64,000 bases of DNA from Diadema antillarum (lineage: Eukaryota). Under the pieces are notes generated by a model. The model made no database searches and was not told the DNA's origin. It saw nothing but the letters and a program-made list of their open reading frames with translations. The stretch is from the NCBI RefSeq assembly GCF_040938485.1, contig NW_027271552.1, positions 930,001 through 994,000 of the forward strand, written 5' to 3'. Position numbers and translations under genes: made by a program. Shown in pieces: positions 1-12,987 of this stretch; positions within the stretch are counted from its first letter, which is position 1, and each line of letters opens with the position of its first letter.

Positions 1-1723
1 GTATTACATTGGCTACAACATACTCAAATCTGGAAGAAATTCACTGAAGGGTAATTGAGCTAGTCGTCGATAAAGACAATCATGTCAATTTTCACATCTA
101 GAAAAATTCCCTCCCATAGAGATAACACGTCATAATGAAGATAAAGAAAGAAGTACATATGACCTTTGACCCTACTTTGCACAGACAAGATGGCGTCTGA
201 GCAAAAAGTGGTTATTTTGTGAAATGATTCTTGTAACATGGTCTTTACGTAAGCAAAATATGGGAAAGATAAGACATGTATTCACCAAGATACAGGATGA
301 AACATTTTTGACCTTTGACCCTAATTTACATACCCAAGAAGGTGCCCGATCAAGTAGTTGTTATTTTATGAAATAATGTACGTGACATAAACTAAACATG
401 TGCAAAATATTGGGCTGATAGAGCTTGTTTTTCTTGAGTTATTGCAAAGAAAGTTGCAGAAAGAAAGGAATATGAAAATACATGGAAGATAAGCTTTAAT
501 TTCAACCAAGTTTTTGGGCATGATGCCGACTCCGTATGAAAAAACGAAGGGCACACACACGATAGCCCAAAGTCTCAGCTACAACATACTAAAACATGGG
601 AGAAATTCACCGAAGCATAAGTGAGCTAGTGCTCGATAAAGATAGTCATGTCAGTTTTCATTTCCAGAAAAACTGCACTCCCATAGAGATAACACGTAAA
701 CTGGTCAAATTTAACAATGTTACTTTTAATCCCTTTTTACGAGGTGATGCCGTTATCCAATCAAATTGTTGTTATTATATATCTGAAAGACCATTTAATA
801 AGCTACAACATATTGAAATTTGGACGAAAATCAACTAAAGAATAAGTGAGATATGCTTGAATGAACTTGAAATTTGATGACGTCATTTTGAAAATTTACT
901 TTTTTAACTTTATTAAGAAATTTGATATATTTTAATCATTTTTCCAGCATTGCCAACCCATGAAATGACATGTACAACTCATCAGCTTTCAAAATATGTA
1001 AAGAAAATGGGGGGTCACCGTCCATCCTGACGAGTAAAATCGGATTTAAAATTGGCAGTTTTTTGGCATTGTTGCACTGTATATCGCCATTGACGCGCGC
1101 GCGGAATTTCAACTTTGACGGACCCGTATGACGTCATTTTGAGTGGGATTGACTTGAAACTTTGTAGAAATATTCCTTGACATTTCAGGCATCCGATCTG
1201 TGTAAAAAAAGTGGAAATTTCTATTGCATATGAGCTGTACGTGCGTATATGCGCGCGCGCGTACGCGTCCGTCCAATTTTTTCAATTTTTCAAAAAATGC
1301 TCCAAATGGTCTGAAACGTGTGCAAAAAAAATTTGAGCTCGATTTGAGCATACAAATATTTCAACGCGCGCGTACGCGCACGTTTTAAGAGAAAATATGA
1401 ATTTTGAGAATATGAATAGAATGTGCATAAATTGAAGTGTATGTGACGTAAATTTCATTGAAAAATTCCATTCTATTAATGAGATATGAATGAAAATGTG
1501 TTTTCATATAATGACGTCATAGTGACGTCACGGTCGACTGATCACAATTATACATTAGATTTGTCGTCTTTGGGACATGATACATATATGGTATGAGTTT
1601 AAAATTGATACTCTGAGAACTTTTTGAGTAAGTAGATACACAACTTTTGTCCAGAAATAAGAAGAACCAACAAAGAATCCGTACAGATACAGAAGGTGAT
1701 CCGAGAGGATACTCGGATCACCT
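1..1723 (+). mobile_element. Helentron/HINE-like non-autonomous element (3' part) with internal imperfect repeats and terminal hairpin
   Basis: Related blocks (agctacaacatact...) occur near 12, 578 and 800, with TGACCTTTGACC motifs. A perfect 12-bp inverted repeat AGGTGATCCGAG-aggata-CTCGGATCACCT sits at 1694-1723. Confidence 0.45.
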
Positions 1724-1881
1724 AACTACATACAGTGTAATCTACGATAGGCCTGTACCCTGTACTCCTTCAAGGAATATCATCCCGTATGGGAGGCTCA
1801 ATCGTTCACCCACAAAATTTCAACAAGGCCGGTTCGAATTTGTTACGGTATGACCCAAATCCTACCTTCAAACACTCTTAA

Positions 1882-2263
1882 AGGGTGTGTACAGTTCTGG
1901 TCGAGGTGTAGATTTAGCTTTTGACATTTTGCGAGATATTCAGAAACCACTCTATGAGATGTCAAAGAGCATGCAGTTCTAAGGGGTATCAAAAGTTTAT
2001 TCGATGAAAATCGGTGTTGAAATGGCTGAGATATCCAAAAACAAGGTGAAACAAAGAGATCCTGATAAAGTTGTGGCTTGTCGCCTTTTATTATTAGCAC
2101 TTTTTTGGATATCTCAGCCATTTGAAACCAATTTTCATCAAATGAATGTTGAATCCTTCTTAAAGTTACATGCTCTTTCATATTTCATAAGAGGCGTTTC
2201 ATTATCTCACTTAGGAATGTTCAAAACATGAATCCCTACCTCAACCAGTACTGTACAGTCCCT
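1882..2263. mobile_element. TTAA-target MITE (Kolobok/piggyBac-type non-autonomous element), family 1
   Basis: TTAA|AGGGTGTGTACAGTTCTGGTCGAGG ... CCTCAACCAGTACTGTACAGTCCCT|TTAA, with long imperfect TIRs. Confidence 0.8.
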
Positions 2264-3131
2264 TTAACCTAAACAATATTCTGACTCGATATGCTGAGCT
2301 GCTGACTTATTCCCCTCTCTCGGCTATACTATTAGATTTTAAACACTGAAATGACAGCCGTCATGTGCACTTCAATTCTTGCCAAACTAGCTCACAACGT
2401 TGGGTGATATTGAAGAAAGTTAGTGCACAAAATGTGCAAGGGTCCAATCAAAATGTTTCTTGCAGGAAATCCCTCTCCTAAACAAACACGAGTGTCCTAC
2501 TGATGTGTCTTGGGTGTATTTTTGGCCACGAGCGCTGAGAGAGGCGTTTGCATGATTCCGTTGAAGTAATTCTACAGATTACCGATTACTACAAAATAGA
2601 CCCTACAGGTTTATACTTACAGCACAAGAAGGCACAATCGACAGTGAGTGTCTTCGTCATACAATTCGCATAACACAGTCCTACACAAATTTTTACTTTT
2701 GTTCGTAATTCACCCTTACATTGAAATACATGTACATTACATATGAAAGTTATGATACATGATTTCAAGACAGAATCAAACGCGCTAGCAGATGATATAT
2801 TGACTTCCACTAACAAGACATGGATTGAATGTATTTTCATGGGCGTCATGGGGGGGGGGGGGGGGGAGGGGGGGTAGCGCTGGGTGAGAACGCACCCCCC
2901 TTCAGAACCTAAAAAAAAAGAAAATAAAAAACACGCTTCAATCTGCGAGCGACCTCAACGCCGGACGCTAAATAATTGTTCTTTTTTTACTTTTCTTCTT
3001 CTTTTTTTTTTTGGCACCAGGAGGAAAAAAACAAAAAACAAAACAAAACAAAAATAAAACAAAAACAAAAACAAAAACAATCGCACCCCGGCCCTGGCAG
3101 CACTGATGCTATACATACAGTGTTTACTATA

Positions 3132-3396
3132 CAGTGCGTATAAAAAAAAACCGCAACATTTAATTTCGAATTTGTGAAGATTGTGTCAACTTTACACCAA
3201 AGTGAGTAGCATCATCTTAAAGCCACATATCTCTTTTTTCCAGTGATATCTTATTTATTCTTACACGGTCATGGATGGCTGAGTAATCATTTTTTTTTTT
3301 TTTTTGGACTATGGGTCAGATTGGACTTGGGACCAAGTTTCAGTTTCTGCATTCAACTATGACGTCGATTTTCGTAGAGAAAAGCTGAATGTCTGT
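3132..3396 (+). mobile_element. Truncated left TIR of the same mariner element
   Basis: Near-identical to 10711-10743 plus 11131-11357. The sequence diverges after ...aatgtctgt. Confidence 0.82.
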
Positions 3397-4307
3397 CCAT
3401 AAATTTGTGCAGAATATACAGATTGTAAAATATTTAGAAATATTATACGCATCCATTGGAAATGTCACATTTGGTAGAAATATTCAGTAGAATACGGCTA
3501 AAATATATCGTGCAAAATTGAGTTTATAACTATGCAAATAAACATTAAATTTACATAATTATGCAATTCATTTTGCAATAACTTGAATTTCCGAGAGTAT
3601 TTCTCTTGTTTGTTTCAAATTGAGTACAGCATCTTATGTACAAAAGTCTAGCCCGGGATGAATGTCCCTTGTGTCAAAAGGAAGTGATTCATTTATAAAA
3701 GAACAAACTGTCTATTATATGCAAACAGCGTTCCATTCGGATGGCATTCTTACAATTTCCTATACACAGATGATCAGGACCAAAACAATGATTCATGTCT
3801 TAATCGCTTTGAACTTTCATCCATACAGCCAATTGACTAAGAAAACATTCCAGCAACAAGACTCTTTAGTTGCTTGAAATTGTTTCACAGTATTCACATT
3901 ACTCAGATATCAGCATACAAGATGCAAGGTTTCGAAAGATTTTGATCTTTAAAATTATTTTACTATCAATTTTACCTCTTCATTGCATAAATGCTTAGTA
4001 GGGTGGGAAAATAATAACCGAAAGTGACACAATAAGAACATGAAATTAAAACACTGCACTGGAGTTAGCTCTAATCCATGCAAATTGGAACAATGTTGTT
4101 AGCAAATGGACTTTATTCCTTGCATGCAATACACAACTAAGGTTTTGATTAGAAAATCATCACAAAGCCCAGAACCACTCCCTATGGAAAGTGCGACTTC
4201 TATTTTTTTAAGTATTTTGTTGGGCAACTCAACGAATTACAGGCTTGTAACATCGTATTGATAAACATGTGCAAAGCTGTATGGATGCAAGGTTATCTAC
4301 ACACATT

Positions 4308-4630
4308 GGCCCGAATTCACGAAGGTGGTACAAACTAAACCATGGTTTAATGGACAAAAACCATGGAGCGCCAAGTGTCGCATGGAATATTTCGTTGCAA
4401 AATCAGTCATTTCCTCTATGAAATGATTATTTTGTAACAAAATGACAACATTTTGTAACTAACTGAACAATTCGTCCATGAAATGATAATTTTGTTAACG
4501 AAACTGTCATTTTGTCGACAAAATGACCAATTTCATAACGAAGATATTCCGTGCGACACTTGGCGCTCCATGGTTTTTGTCCATGGTTTAAACCATGGTT
4601 TAGTTTGTACCACCTTCGTGAATTCGGGCC
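4308..4630. mobile_element. Palindromic MITE, PIF/Harbinger-like
   Basis: Near-perfect TIRs GGCCCGAATTCACGAAGGTGGTACAAACTAAACCATGG... and a 3-bp direct repeat ATT on both flanks. Confidence 0.75.
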
Positions 4631-5202
4631 ATTAAGAACTATGCAAATGTGACATTTACCGCAACAAAATGCAGCATTCAACCCCTTTTTTTCGCCCTTA
4701 GCAAGCCTACTAGAAGTCTTGTTGAGCGTTCAAATCCCTGGTTAAGAATCCTGGTGGAAATTGCTGGTTCCCCTCACTACACTTTGGTATTCAACAGGAA
4801 AATGTATCTTTGTGTAATATGTGCCTCATTAGTTACCCACACAATGCTAAACAAACTTGATATATATACATGGCAGCCTATACTGTAATGAAATTTGTTT
4901 CGGTTTTGTTTTTGTTTTTGATTAAAATATATGATTGCATAATTATCCCCTCCTGTCATTGTTTTAGGGACTAACCTAAAGAAAAAAAAAAACATGTCAG
5001 CTGAATTACTTTTTATCCTTAAGTGAAATTGCATTTATTATGTAGTTTTCGTTCATTTCCATTTCCAAGATATTGTTGATATGCAAATATAAAAAAATGA
5101 TTATATTTCTTTAAGGGCATACCTTATTGACTCAGTTTTCGATTTATAGTATGCTTTCGTGAATTACTATTTGCACATTTCTATAAAACTTTTAATTTTA
5201 AA

Positions 5203-5247
<45 letters not shown>

Positions 5248-5566
5248 TGTGTGTTTGTTAAATTAATACATGAAAAAGATATATTTTCGCGAGCTCTTTT
5301 TTTCAATTCCAGAAAAAAAAAAACAAATACAGTAACTGTTTTATACCTATATGACAGGTTAAAATTTCTACGAAATTGCGAGGAGAGCCAAAGTAAAATA
5401 ATTCAAATTGAAATAAAAGACATCCAGTATCCAGTACTATAAATCGTTTACTAAAGTAATTGCATGATATCACTTGAATTATTCTTTCCGTGGATGTCAT
5501 TCTACTTGAACCAGGCATAACGGGTTTAACGTCTAATCAGCAGATACACACAAAATATCCGCTTAC

Positions 5567-5645
5567 CTTCTGAACAGAGACCAAACAACAGATTCCCACT
5601 TATGGATAGAAAAAGCAGTAGGTTTCCGTACCAGGTGTCCATCAT
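5567..5645 (-). CDS. Gene C exon 1: signal peptide MMDTWYGNLLLFLSISGNLLFGLCSE(G); the rest of the gene lies left of the window
   Basis: ATG, hydrophobic core and a strong phase-1 donor AAG|GTAAGC, with the same strand and exon logic as gene A exon 1. I found no downstream Ig exon in 1-5560. Confidence 0.65.
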
Positions 5646-5885
5646 AAGGTTCGAGAGATATTCAAATTTTTCAGTGGTCCCAACCCTGCTCTTGCATCGA
5701 CTGCACTGGATCTATTTTGATTACGATAGCTGACAGCATAATATCAGCAGGGTATATCGATGGTTGCATTTACGCACGTAGGATTCTCTCAAGCAAAATC
5801 AACTCAGTGAACGCCGCGTCGTTGAAGAACTTTAACCCTGTCGTAATTTGCATGAACAAAGTCGTCGCTCTACCTACAGGTCGGC

Positions 5886-5895
5886 GGAGATTCCC
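5886..5895. promoter_or_regulatory. Candidate NF-kB site GGGAATCTCC (minus strand), ~240 bp upstream of the gene C ATG
   Basis: Exact match to GGGRNWYYCC. A 10-mer like this can occur by chance. Confidence 0.3.
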
Positions 5896-7705
5896 AATGG
5901 CAAACGATTCGCACATTTATGAGATCATATCTTCTAGTATAGACTTAGTTTTGTGAAGAGATTGAAAGCATTTATTGACGTCTTGTAGCACTCATATTTT
6001 TGTTTCAATTCTCAAGGGTAAATGGGTGATAATCTCATCCGTCACCATGTTTCAGTCTTTTTCATATCAACATTTCTAAATGGGCACAATCTTAATCGTC
6101 ATTGTTCGCATTCTTTATTGTTGTTTAAGGTGGTCAGAATTTCCGATTTCAAGTGTATTGAATTAGTTTTCATCAGATTTACTGTAAAATTGCATTCACT
6201 TCAAATACAGTTGATTTGCTTTGCGTGACCACTAAGGAAGCAATGGCTGGTTGTAGGTTACCAACCACGTGACTGAGAATTGTAAGTTCGCTACCGCCCA
6301 CTAAGCACTAGTAAAATTTAGGATCATTGTCCAGAGTGGGTAGCACTATTGCAGCAACTGATAACACGAATCGAGACACCATTGTGTTATGATTCATAGT
6401 ACGCAACAATCGAACAAAATCAGATCGTGATATCTTAATTGATAAGTTGCTCTTCTTCATCGTGTTCAAACCTTTACGTGAAGGCGGATTTGGCTGTGAC
6501 ATTTTGCCTGATTAAATAATTATTGTGTGAATTATAGTTGTTACATATTACGTTTTCTGTTTTTCTATTGTTTTTTTAAACTACAAAAGATTAAGAATGC
6601 CCTATACGGCACGTAAAAAAAAAGAAGAAAAAGAAATGTGATATAACGTACGACATGTGATATCGAACATAAAGGAAAATGAAAGTTAAAGAGCGAAGCA
6701 GTATGACAGGGGCGGATCCAGGAATTCCGTACAGGGGAGGCGCCTTTACAAAATTAAAGGGGGCGCAACCCCCCCCCCCCCCACGTATTTGTTTTCTTTA
6801 GATGTTTTAACCAAAAAAAAAAAATGAAGAGGGGCGGGCCGATACGCTCCCTTCTTGATCCGCCAACGACACATAAAGAGGCACAATCACTAAAAATAGA
6901 AAATAAAAAAACAGATGTCAAAATCTTAACTGAAGTAAATTTAAGGGAATTTTATATGCAGAAAATTGTGAGGATGATATAGGCCTACACCATATCCTTA
7001 TTTAAACGTAAGGACAAGTTTTCAATAAAGTTGTTGTTATGTAAATGGAATTACTGTTGTACTTACAAAACAAAACAGTTAAAACTATACAAAGTTGACA
7101 TTTCTTTTAATTGGTGGACGTTCAAAATTGCTTGTCAGTCTTCCATGACTTAATTTCTTTTTGCCCTGTCTCTAAGTTCTGATCTCCATAGATGTTAACC
7201 GATCCCGATGTGTATTAACAAAACCGTGGCGCTCGTTTTCCTTTTGATGACGAATAAAGTTTTTAGGAGGATTGAAAATTGAAGGTTGATTTTACAGAAC
7301 AATGTCCAAAGAAAGTCAATTTTTTACAAGATTTTGTTAAATCGGTGGCACATAATCATACGACATTAAATGCAGACAGTGTGAAGCTTTTTCACTGCAT
7401 GTGTTCCGAGACCAAAACGGCAGCAGTGCCATAAAGGCCATTTAACGTCTGGCATCTTTAGATATTGCATTGAAGACATCAATACAATTCATCCCTGCTA
7501 TTATACTTTCTGCAGTGGTCACAAAAAGTTTCCTCATTATCATACTGACATTTGCGCTCATCTATGTTCTGTATTCTATACCTGTTATTCTTGCGCTTTT
7601 AACATACTGAGTTCAAAGTTCACGTGGTTTTCCCCACTAGTACCTTGCAGCTGCCATGACTGCTGCTGTTTGTAGCCCTGGTGACGCATGATACCAGTAC
7701 ATGTA

Positions 7706-8477
7706 CAGGGCTGCCAACCTTGAGTGAGAGTTCGGAGTGAGACATTGCGAGGGAGCGAAGCGAACGAGGGGGGGGGGGGGGGTGGTGTGGAAGGGGTGTG
7801 TCCCCCTTCCACGGTAGGGAGCTTTGACAATTTTACATTTTACATGGTGCAATCTGATGCATACTTTAGTCATGATTTGAACGTATACATACATACGTAC
7901 ATACATACATACATACATACATACATACATGCAAGCAGCACGATGAAGGAATGAAAGTCTCACTCTCATCTAAATGTGATGAAAGAAAGATCCTCTGGGC
8001 CGCGGCTGCTATACTTTGAGCGCCTGGTACGTGTGTGCGGCGGCCTGCTGTGCGGCCGTACGTACGTACAGCTGTACGAACGTATTCTCTCATAGTGTGT
8101 ACATTGTATGTAAAGCAATGTAAAGCACGCGTCATAGCCATACATGTACTACATTGTAGTACTGTAATTTGCCAAAAGTACAAGCTACGTTTACGTAACT
8201 ATAGGTAGAAACCAATCGTAATCGAATAGCTCGTCTTTGCGCGCGAACCGAAAACGATTATTATTGGTTAAGCTTTACACCCGCGCAGGAAAATCTCGAA
8301 ACTTTGGGCTTGCATGGGCATATTGATATTCGGAATATCAGAGAATTTAGAGAGATGTTTATTTTTTACATTCCATTTTGGGGGTTTAGCGTGAGATTTC
8401 GTTTATCAGAGTGAGACAGTCAAAATTGGTTGAATTGCGTGAGTCTCACGCTGATTGCGTGAGAGTTGGCAGCCCTG
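7706..8477. mobile_element. Non-autonomous DNA element with CAGGGCTGCCAAC TIRs and 6-bp TSD (hAT-like)
   Basis: catgta|CAGGGCTGCCAAC ... GTTGGCAGCCCTG|catgta. Contains a (TACA)n tract at ~7885-7930. Confidence 0.7.
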
Positions 8478-9474
8478 CATGTATATGCAACATGGCCAGA
8501 AAGAGTATAGTGCCACCACTGCATTACATGAATAGCACTCGTTCCATGTCTCTGTACGTGTTGAACAATTTCTGCACCCTCCAAAAGACAAGTCCACAGA
8601 TGGAAGCGTCAATGGAATTATTGGAAAACTTTAATCATAGATCGTCTTTTAGCATCTTTATGGTAATAAAGCAAATCAGCTTTGCTCTTTATGCGTCCAT
8701 ATCGCAAAGACCTGTTTTGCTATAGATATGTTTCAAACGTAATCGACTGCTGGTGATTTTCTTTCTGTGTGTCGTCTTTCAAACTATCGCCGATCACGAT
8801 TCAAACAGCATTCTGCATAAAGGGGTAGTCTTATATTAAACCGCCTTAGTCAAGTGCGTGAACACAACAATGGGGAAAAAAAAAATCTGTGTTGATGGAC
8901 CCCCCCCCCCCCCGTATTGCAATGTAGATGTCCCATCTGCTCTTAAAATTTGACTGGACAATTACTTATCTTGCATAACGTAATCAAGAATGTATCAACT
9001 ATTGTCTTTTATTTCATAAAACACTCACCTGTGTATAATTTTTGGTTTTGAAAAGACCCCCTGAATAATACTTTTCTGTTTGGCTTTGTGTTTTTTTTTT
9101 TCATATTGTTCTACCGGAAGAGTATTATTTGTCTGTTGTTTTCTTTTGCAAGGAAAAGAAAATCCAAGACGAAAAAAAAAAAAGTTCACACACAATAACA
9201 TTCGGGAACACACACACAAAATAGGTTTATCATTTTTTTTTCCCTACTCGATGCTTGAGAACTGCTTGCAAACCGTACAAAGTGCACAGTATGCGGAACA
9301 CACACAACATGAACTACATACAGTGTAATCTACGATAGGCCTGTACCCGGCACTCGTCTCCTTCAAGGAATATCATCCCGTATGGGAGGCTCAATCGTTC
9401 ACCCACAAAATTTCAACAAGGCCGGTTCGAATTTGTTACGGTATGACCCAAATCCTACCTTCAAACACTCTTAA

Positions 9475-9857
9475 AGGGTGTGTACAGTTCTGGTCGAGGT
9501 GTAGATTTAGCTTTTGACATTTTGCGAGATATTCAGAAACCACTCTATGAGATGTCAAAGAGCATGCAGTTCTAAGGGGTATCAAAAGTTTATTCGATGA
9601 AAATCGGTGTTGAAATGGCTGAGATATCCAAAAACAAGGTGAAACAAAGAGATCCTGATAAAGTTGTGGCTTGTCGCCTTTTATTATTAGCACTTTTTTG
9701 GATATCTCAGCCATTTGAAAATCAATTTTCATCAAATGAATATTGAATCCTTCTTAAAGTTACATGCTCTTTCATATTTCATAAGAGGCTTTTCATTATC
9801 TCACTTAGGAATGTTCAAAACATGAATCCCTACCTCAACCAGTACTGTACAGTCCCT
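9475..9857. mobile_element. TTAA-target MITE, family 1 (duplicated with the block)
   Basis: Near-identical to 1882-2263, with TTAA on both sides. Confidence 0.8.
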
Positions 9858-10710
9858 TTAACCTAAACAATATTCTGACTCGATATGCTGAGCTGCTGAC
9901 TTATTCCCCTCTCTCGGCTAATATTAGATTTTAAACACTGAAATGACAGCCGTCATGTGCACTTCAATTCTTGCCAAACTAGCTCACAACGTTGGGTGAT
10001 ATTGAAGAAAGTTAGTGCACAAAATGTGCAAGGGTCCAATCAAAATGTTTCTTGCAGGAAATCCCTCTCCTAAACAAACACGAGTGTCCTACTGATGTGT
10101 CTTGGGTGTATTTTTGGCCACGAGCGCTGAGAGAGGCGTTTGCATGATTCCGTTGAAGTAATTCTACAGATTACCGATTACTACAAAATAGACCCTACAG
10201 GTTTATACTTACAGCACAAGAAGGCACAATCGACAGTGAGTGTCTTCGTCATACAATTTGCATAACACAGTCCTACACAAATTTTTACTTTTGTTCGTAA
10301 TTCACCCTTACATTGAAATACATGTACATTACATATGAAAGTTTTGATACATGATTTCAAGACAGAATCAAACGCGCTAGCAGATGATATATTGACTTCC
10401 GCTAACAAGACATGGATTGAATGTATTTTCATGGGCGTCACGGGGGGGGGGGGGGGGTAGCGCTGGGTGCGAACGCACCCCCCTTCAGAACCTAAAAAAA
10501 GAAAATAAAAAACACGCTTCAGTCTGCGAGCGACCTCAACGCCGGACGCTAAATAATTGTTCTTTTTTTACTTTTCTTCTTCTTTTTTTTTGGCACCAGG
10601 AGGAAAAAAACAAAAAACAAAACAAAACAAAAATAAAACAAAAACAAAAACAAAAACAATCGCACCCCGGCCCTGGCAGCACTGATGCTATACATACAGT
10701 GTTTACTATA

Positions 10711-12206
10711 CAGTGCGTATAAAAAAAAACCCGCAACATTTAAAGGGTGTGTACAGTTCTGGTCGAGGCGAGGATTTAGATTTTAACATTCTGTGAGATA
10801 TTCAGAAACCACTCTATGAGATGTCAAAGAGCATGCAATTCTAAGAGGTATCAAAAGTTTATTTGATGAAAATCGGCTTTAAAGTGGCTGACTTATCCAA
10901 AAACAAGGTGAAACAAAGAGATCCTAATAAAGTTGTGGCATGTCGCCTTTTATTATTTTCACTTTTTTGGATATCTCAGCCATTTGAAAACCAATTTTCA
11001 TCAAATCAACGTTGAATCCTTCTTAAAATCACATGCTCTTTCGTATTTCAGAAGAGGTTTCTCATTATCTCACTTAGGAATGTAAAAAACATGAATCCCC
11101 ACCTTAACCAGTACTGTACTCCCCCTTTAATTTCGAATTTGTGAAGATTGTGTCAACTTTACACCAAAGTGAGTAGCATCATCTTAAAGCCACATATCTC
11201 TTTTTCCAGTGATATCTTATTTATTCTTACACGGTCATGGATGGCTGAGTAATCATTTTTTTTTTTTGGACTATGGGTCAGATTGGACTTGGGACCAAGT
11301 TTCAGTTTCTGCATTCAACTATGACGTCGATTTTCGTAGAGAAAAGCTGAATGTCTGTTCTGGACTTTCTGGAAACGGTTTCCTCCTAGGGCCTTCTTCT
11401 TTGAAAACAACATGAACGGAAATGGATACTTACAAATTTTAAATGAAATATGATTCCTGAATTAATGGAAAATTTTCCTGTGCAACAAAGGAGTGTGTTC
11501 AGATGCCTATGGTGGGCACAGGATGGCGCACCAGCCGATCGACTAGTTGCAGTAAGAAACAGATTGGCTGAGGTATTCGGAAATCGGGTGATTGCCTTGT
11601 ATCATGATGTGGAGTGGCCACCACGATCTCCAGATCTGACTTGTGACTTTTTTCTTAGGGTTATCTCAAGAGCAAAGTGTTCATTACCCCTCCACCTGAC
11701 ATTGCAACTCTGAGACAAAGAATCACTGATGAGTTTGAAGCTCTACGCCACCAAGCCCCAATGATTCTCAGGGCTGTGCGTGAGATGGCTAAGAGCTAAT
11801 CTCAGTGTGGAAAGAAATGGTGGCAGCATGTTGAGGGGCATGGGATGTAATGTTAAAAAGAGATACTTGTATCCGTAAGAAGACAATGGTAAGTTGCGAT
11901 CATTAATTTTATTGATTGTGATCATTAATTTCATTAAAATTAATTTCATTATTCCGTTTGTTCAGTTAATTTCTAATAAGGTGTATTGATTCTTGCTGTG
12001 CCTAAACTTGGTCCCAAGTCCAATTTGACCCATTGTCCAAAAAGAATGATTACTCAGCCATCCATGACCGTGTAAGAATGAATAAGATATTATTGGAAAG
12101 AGGAGATACGTGGTTTTAAGATGTTGCTACTCACTTTGGTGTAAAGTTAACACAATCTTCACAAATTTGAAATCAAATCTTGTTGCGTTTATTTTGATAC
12201 GCACTG
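10711..12206 (+). mobile_element. Tc1/mariner-superfamily relic: internally deleted transposase, ~260-bp TIRs, TA flanks
   Basis: TA|CAGTGCGTAT... and ...ATACGCACTG|TA. 11450-11713 encodes WAQDGAPA and WPPRSPDLT-CDFF, then frameshifts to GYLKSKVF, which are DDE transposase motifs. Confidence 0.88.
10744..11126. mobile_element. TTAA-target MITE, family 1, independent insertion nested in a mariner TIR
   Basis: TTAA at 10740-10743 and 11127-11130. The paralogous site at 3160-3163 has a single TTAA (empty site). Confidence 0.88.
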
Positions 12207-12987
12207 TATATCTATCGACCCGTATATACTGTATACGTAAGGTATATTGAATTCATTATGCAACGGATTATCAATTCAGAAAATGCAAAAGCTCCATCGC
12301 ATGGGACGGCGATACCCCGCCCACATCCTCCTCCCCCGTTATAGGTCTCCAATCAATGGCGTAACTGGGGGGAGGGGGGGGCACGTGCCCCCCCCCCCCC
12401 AATCCGCTGGTACCAAAAAAAAAAAATATATCAAAATGGCAATTCAAGGATTAGTAAGCTGTTTTGGAAATTGACATGAAAGGGTGAGCAAGAAATTATT
12501 TTTTTTTCTAAGATTTCTTTTAACCATAATTAAAGAGGCATCAATAGTGTGAAACATTGTTCAAAAAGCCCGGAGCCGACAAAAGATTGTGATTCAGCGT
12601 AATTCCTGGTTGGCATTCTGAATGATAAAGAGGATGGAGCAGTGTACTCAGAACATCCGAACGGCAAAGAGTCGCTGCAATGTTGCGCAATGTGATGTAG
12701 AATGTACACCTCTGTACTTTACACTTCGTTATATCAAAGCTAGATCACTGAGTGTTGCATGTATTATAGTCTACATTAAAATGCCTTGCATTGCCAATAA
12801 TAAGACTTGATCTGGGCTATTTCCCAACTTTTCCATGTATAAAACACACACACACACAAACACAAACAATTAGGGGATGCTCTAAAGTGCAGATTTTGGA
12901 CATCCTTCCCCAGCTTGGTCACTTCGACGCCCCCTCGCTGGTCATACCTCCCCCAATCATGAACATAAATCGACATCCTTGACTACC

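Larger units (their letters stand above)
1724..3396 (+). repeat. Copy 1 of a ~1.7-kb near-identical duplication (copy 2 at 9312-11357)
   Basis: The two blocks are collinear and almost identical, differing mainly in homopolymer lengths and one MITE insertion. Confidence 0.93.
9312..11357 (+). repeat. Copy 2 of the duplication (contains an extra TTAA-MITE)
   Basis: Matches 1724-3396 plus the insertion at 10744-11126. Confidence 0.93.

Noticed and set aside
3655-3900. CPLC-containing peptide as a LINE C-terminal zinc knuckle or a gene C exon
   Set aside because: Multiple stops, no RT motifs nearby, and no Ig or splice signature.
6240-6350. Possible tRNA-derived SINE fragment upstream of gene C
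   Set aside because: Only vague A/B-box similarity, and there is no second copy in the window to define it.
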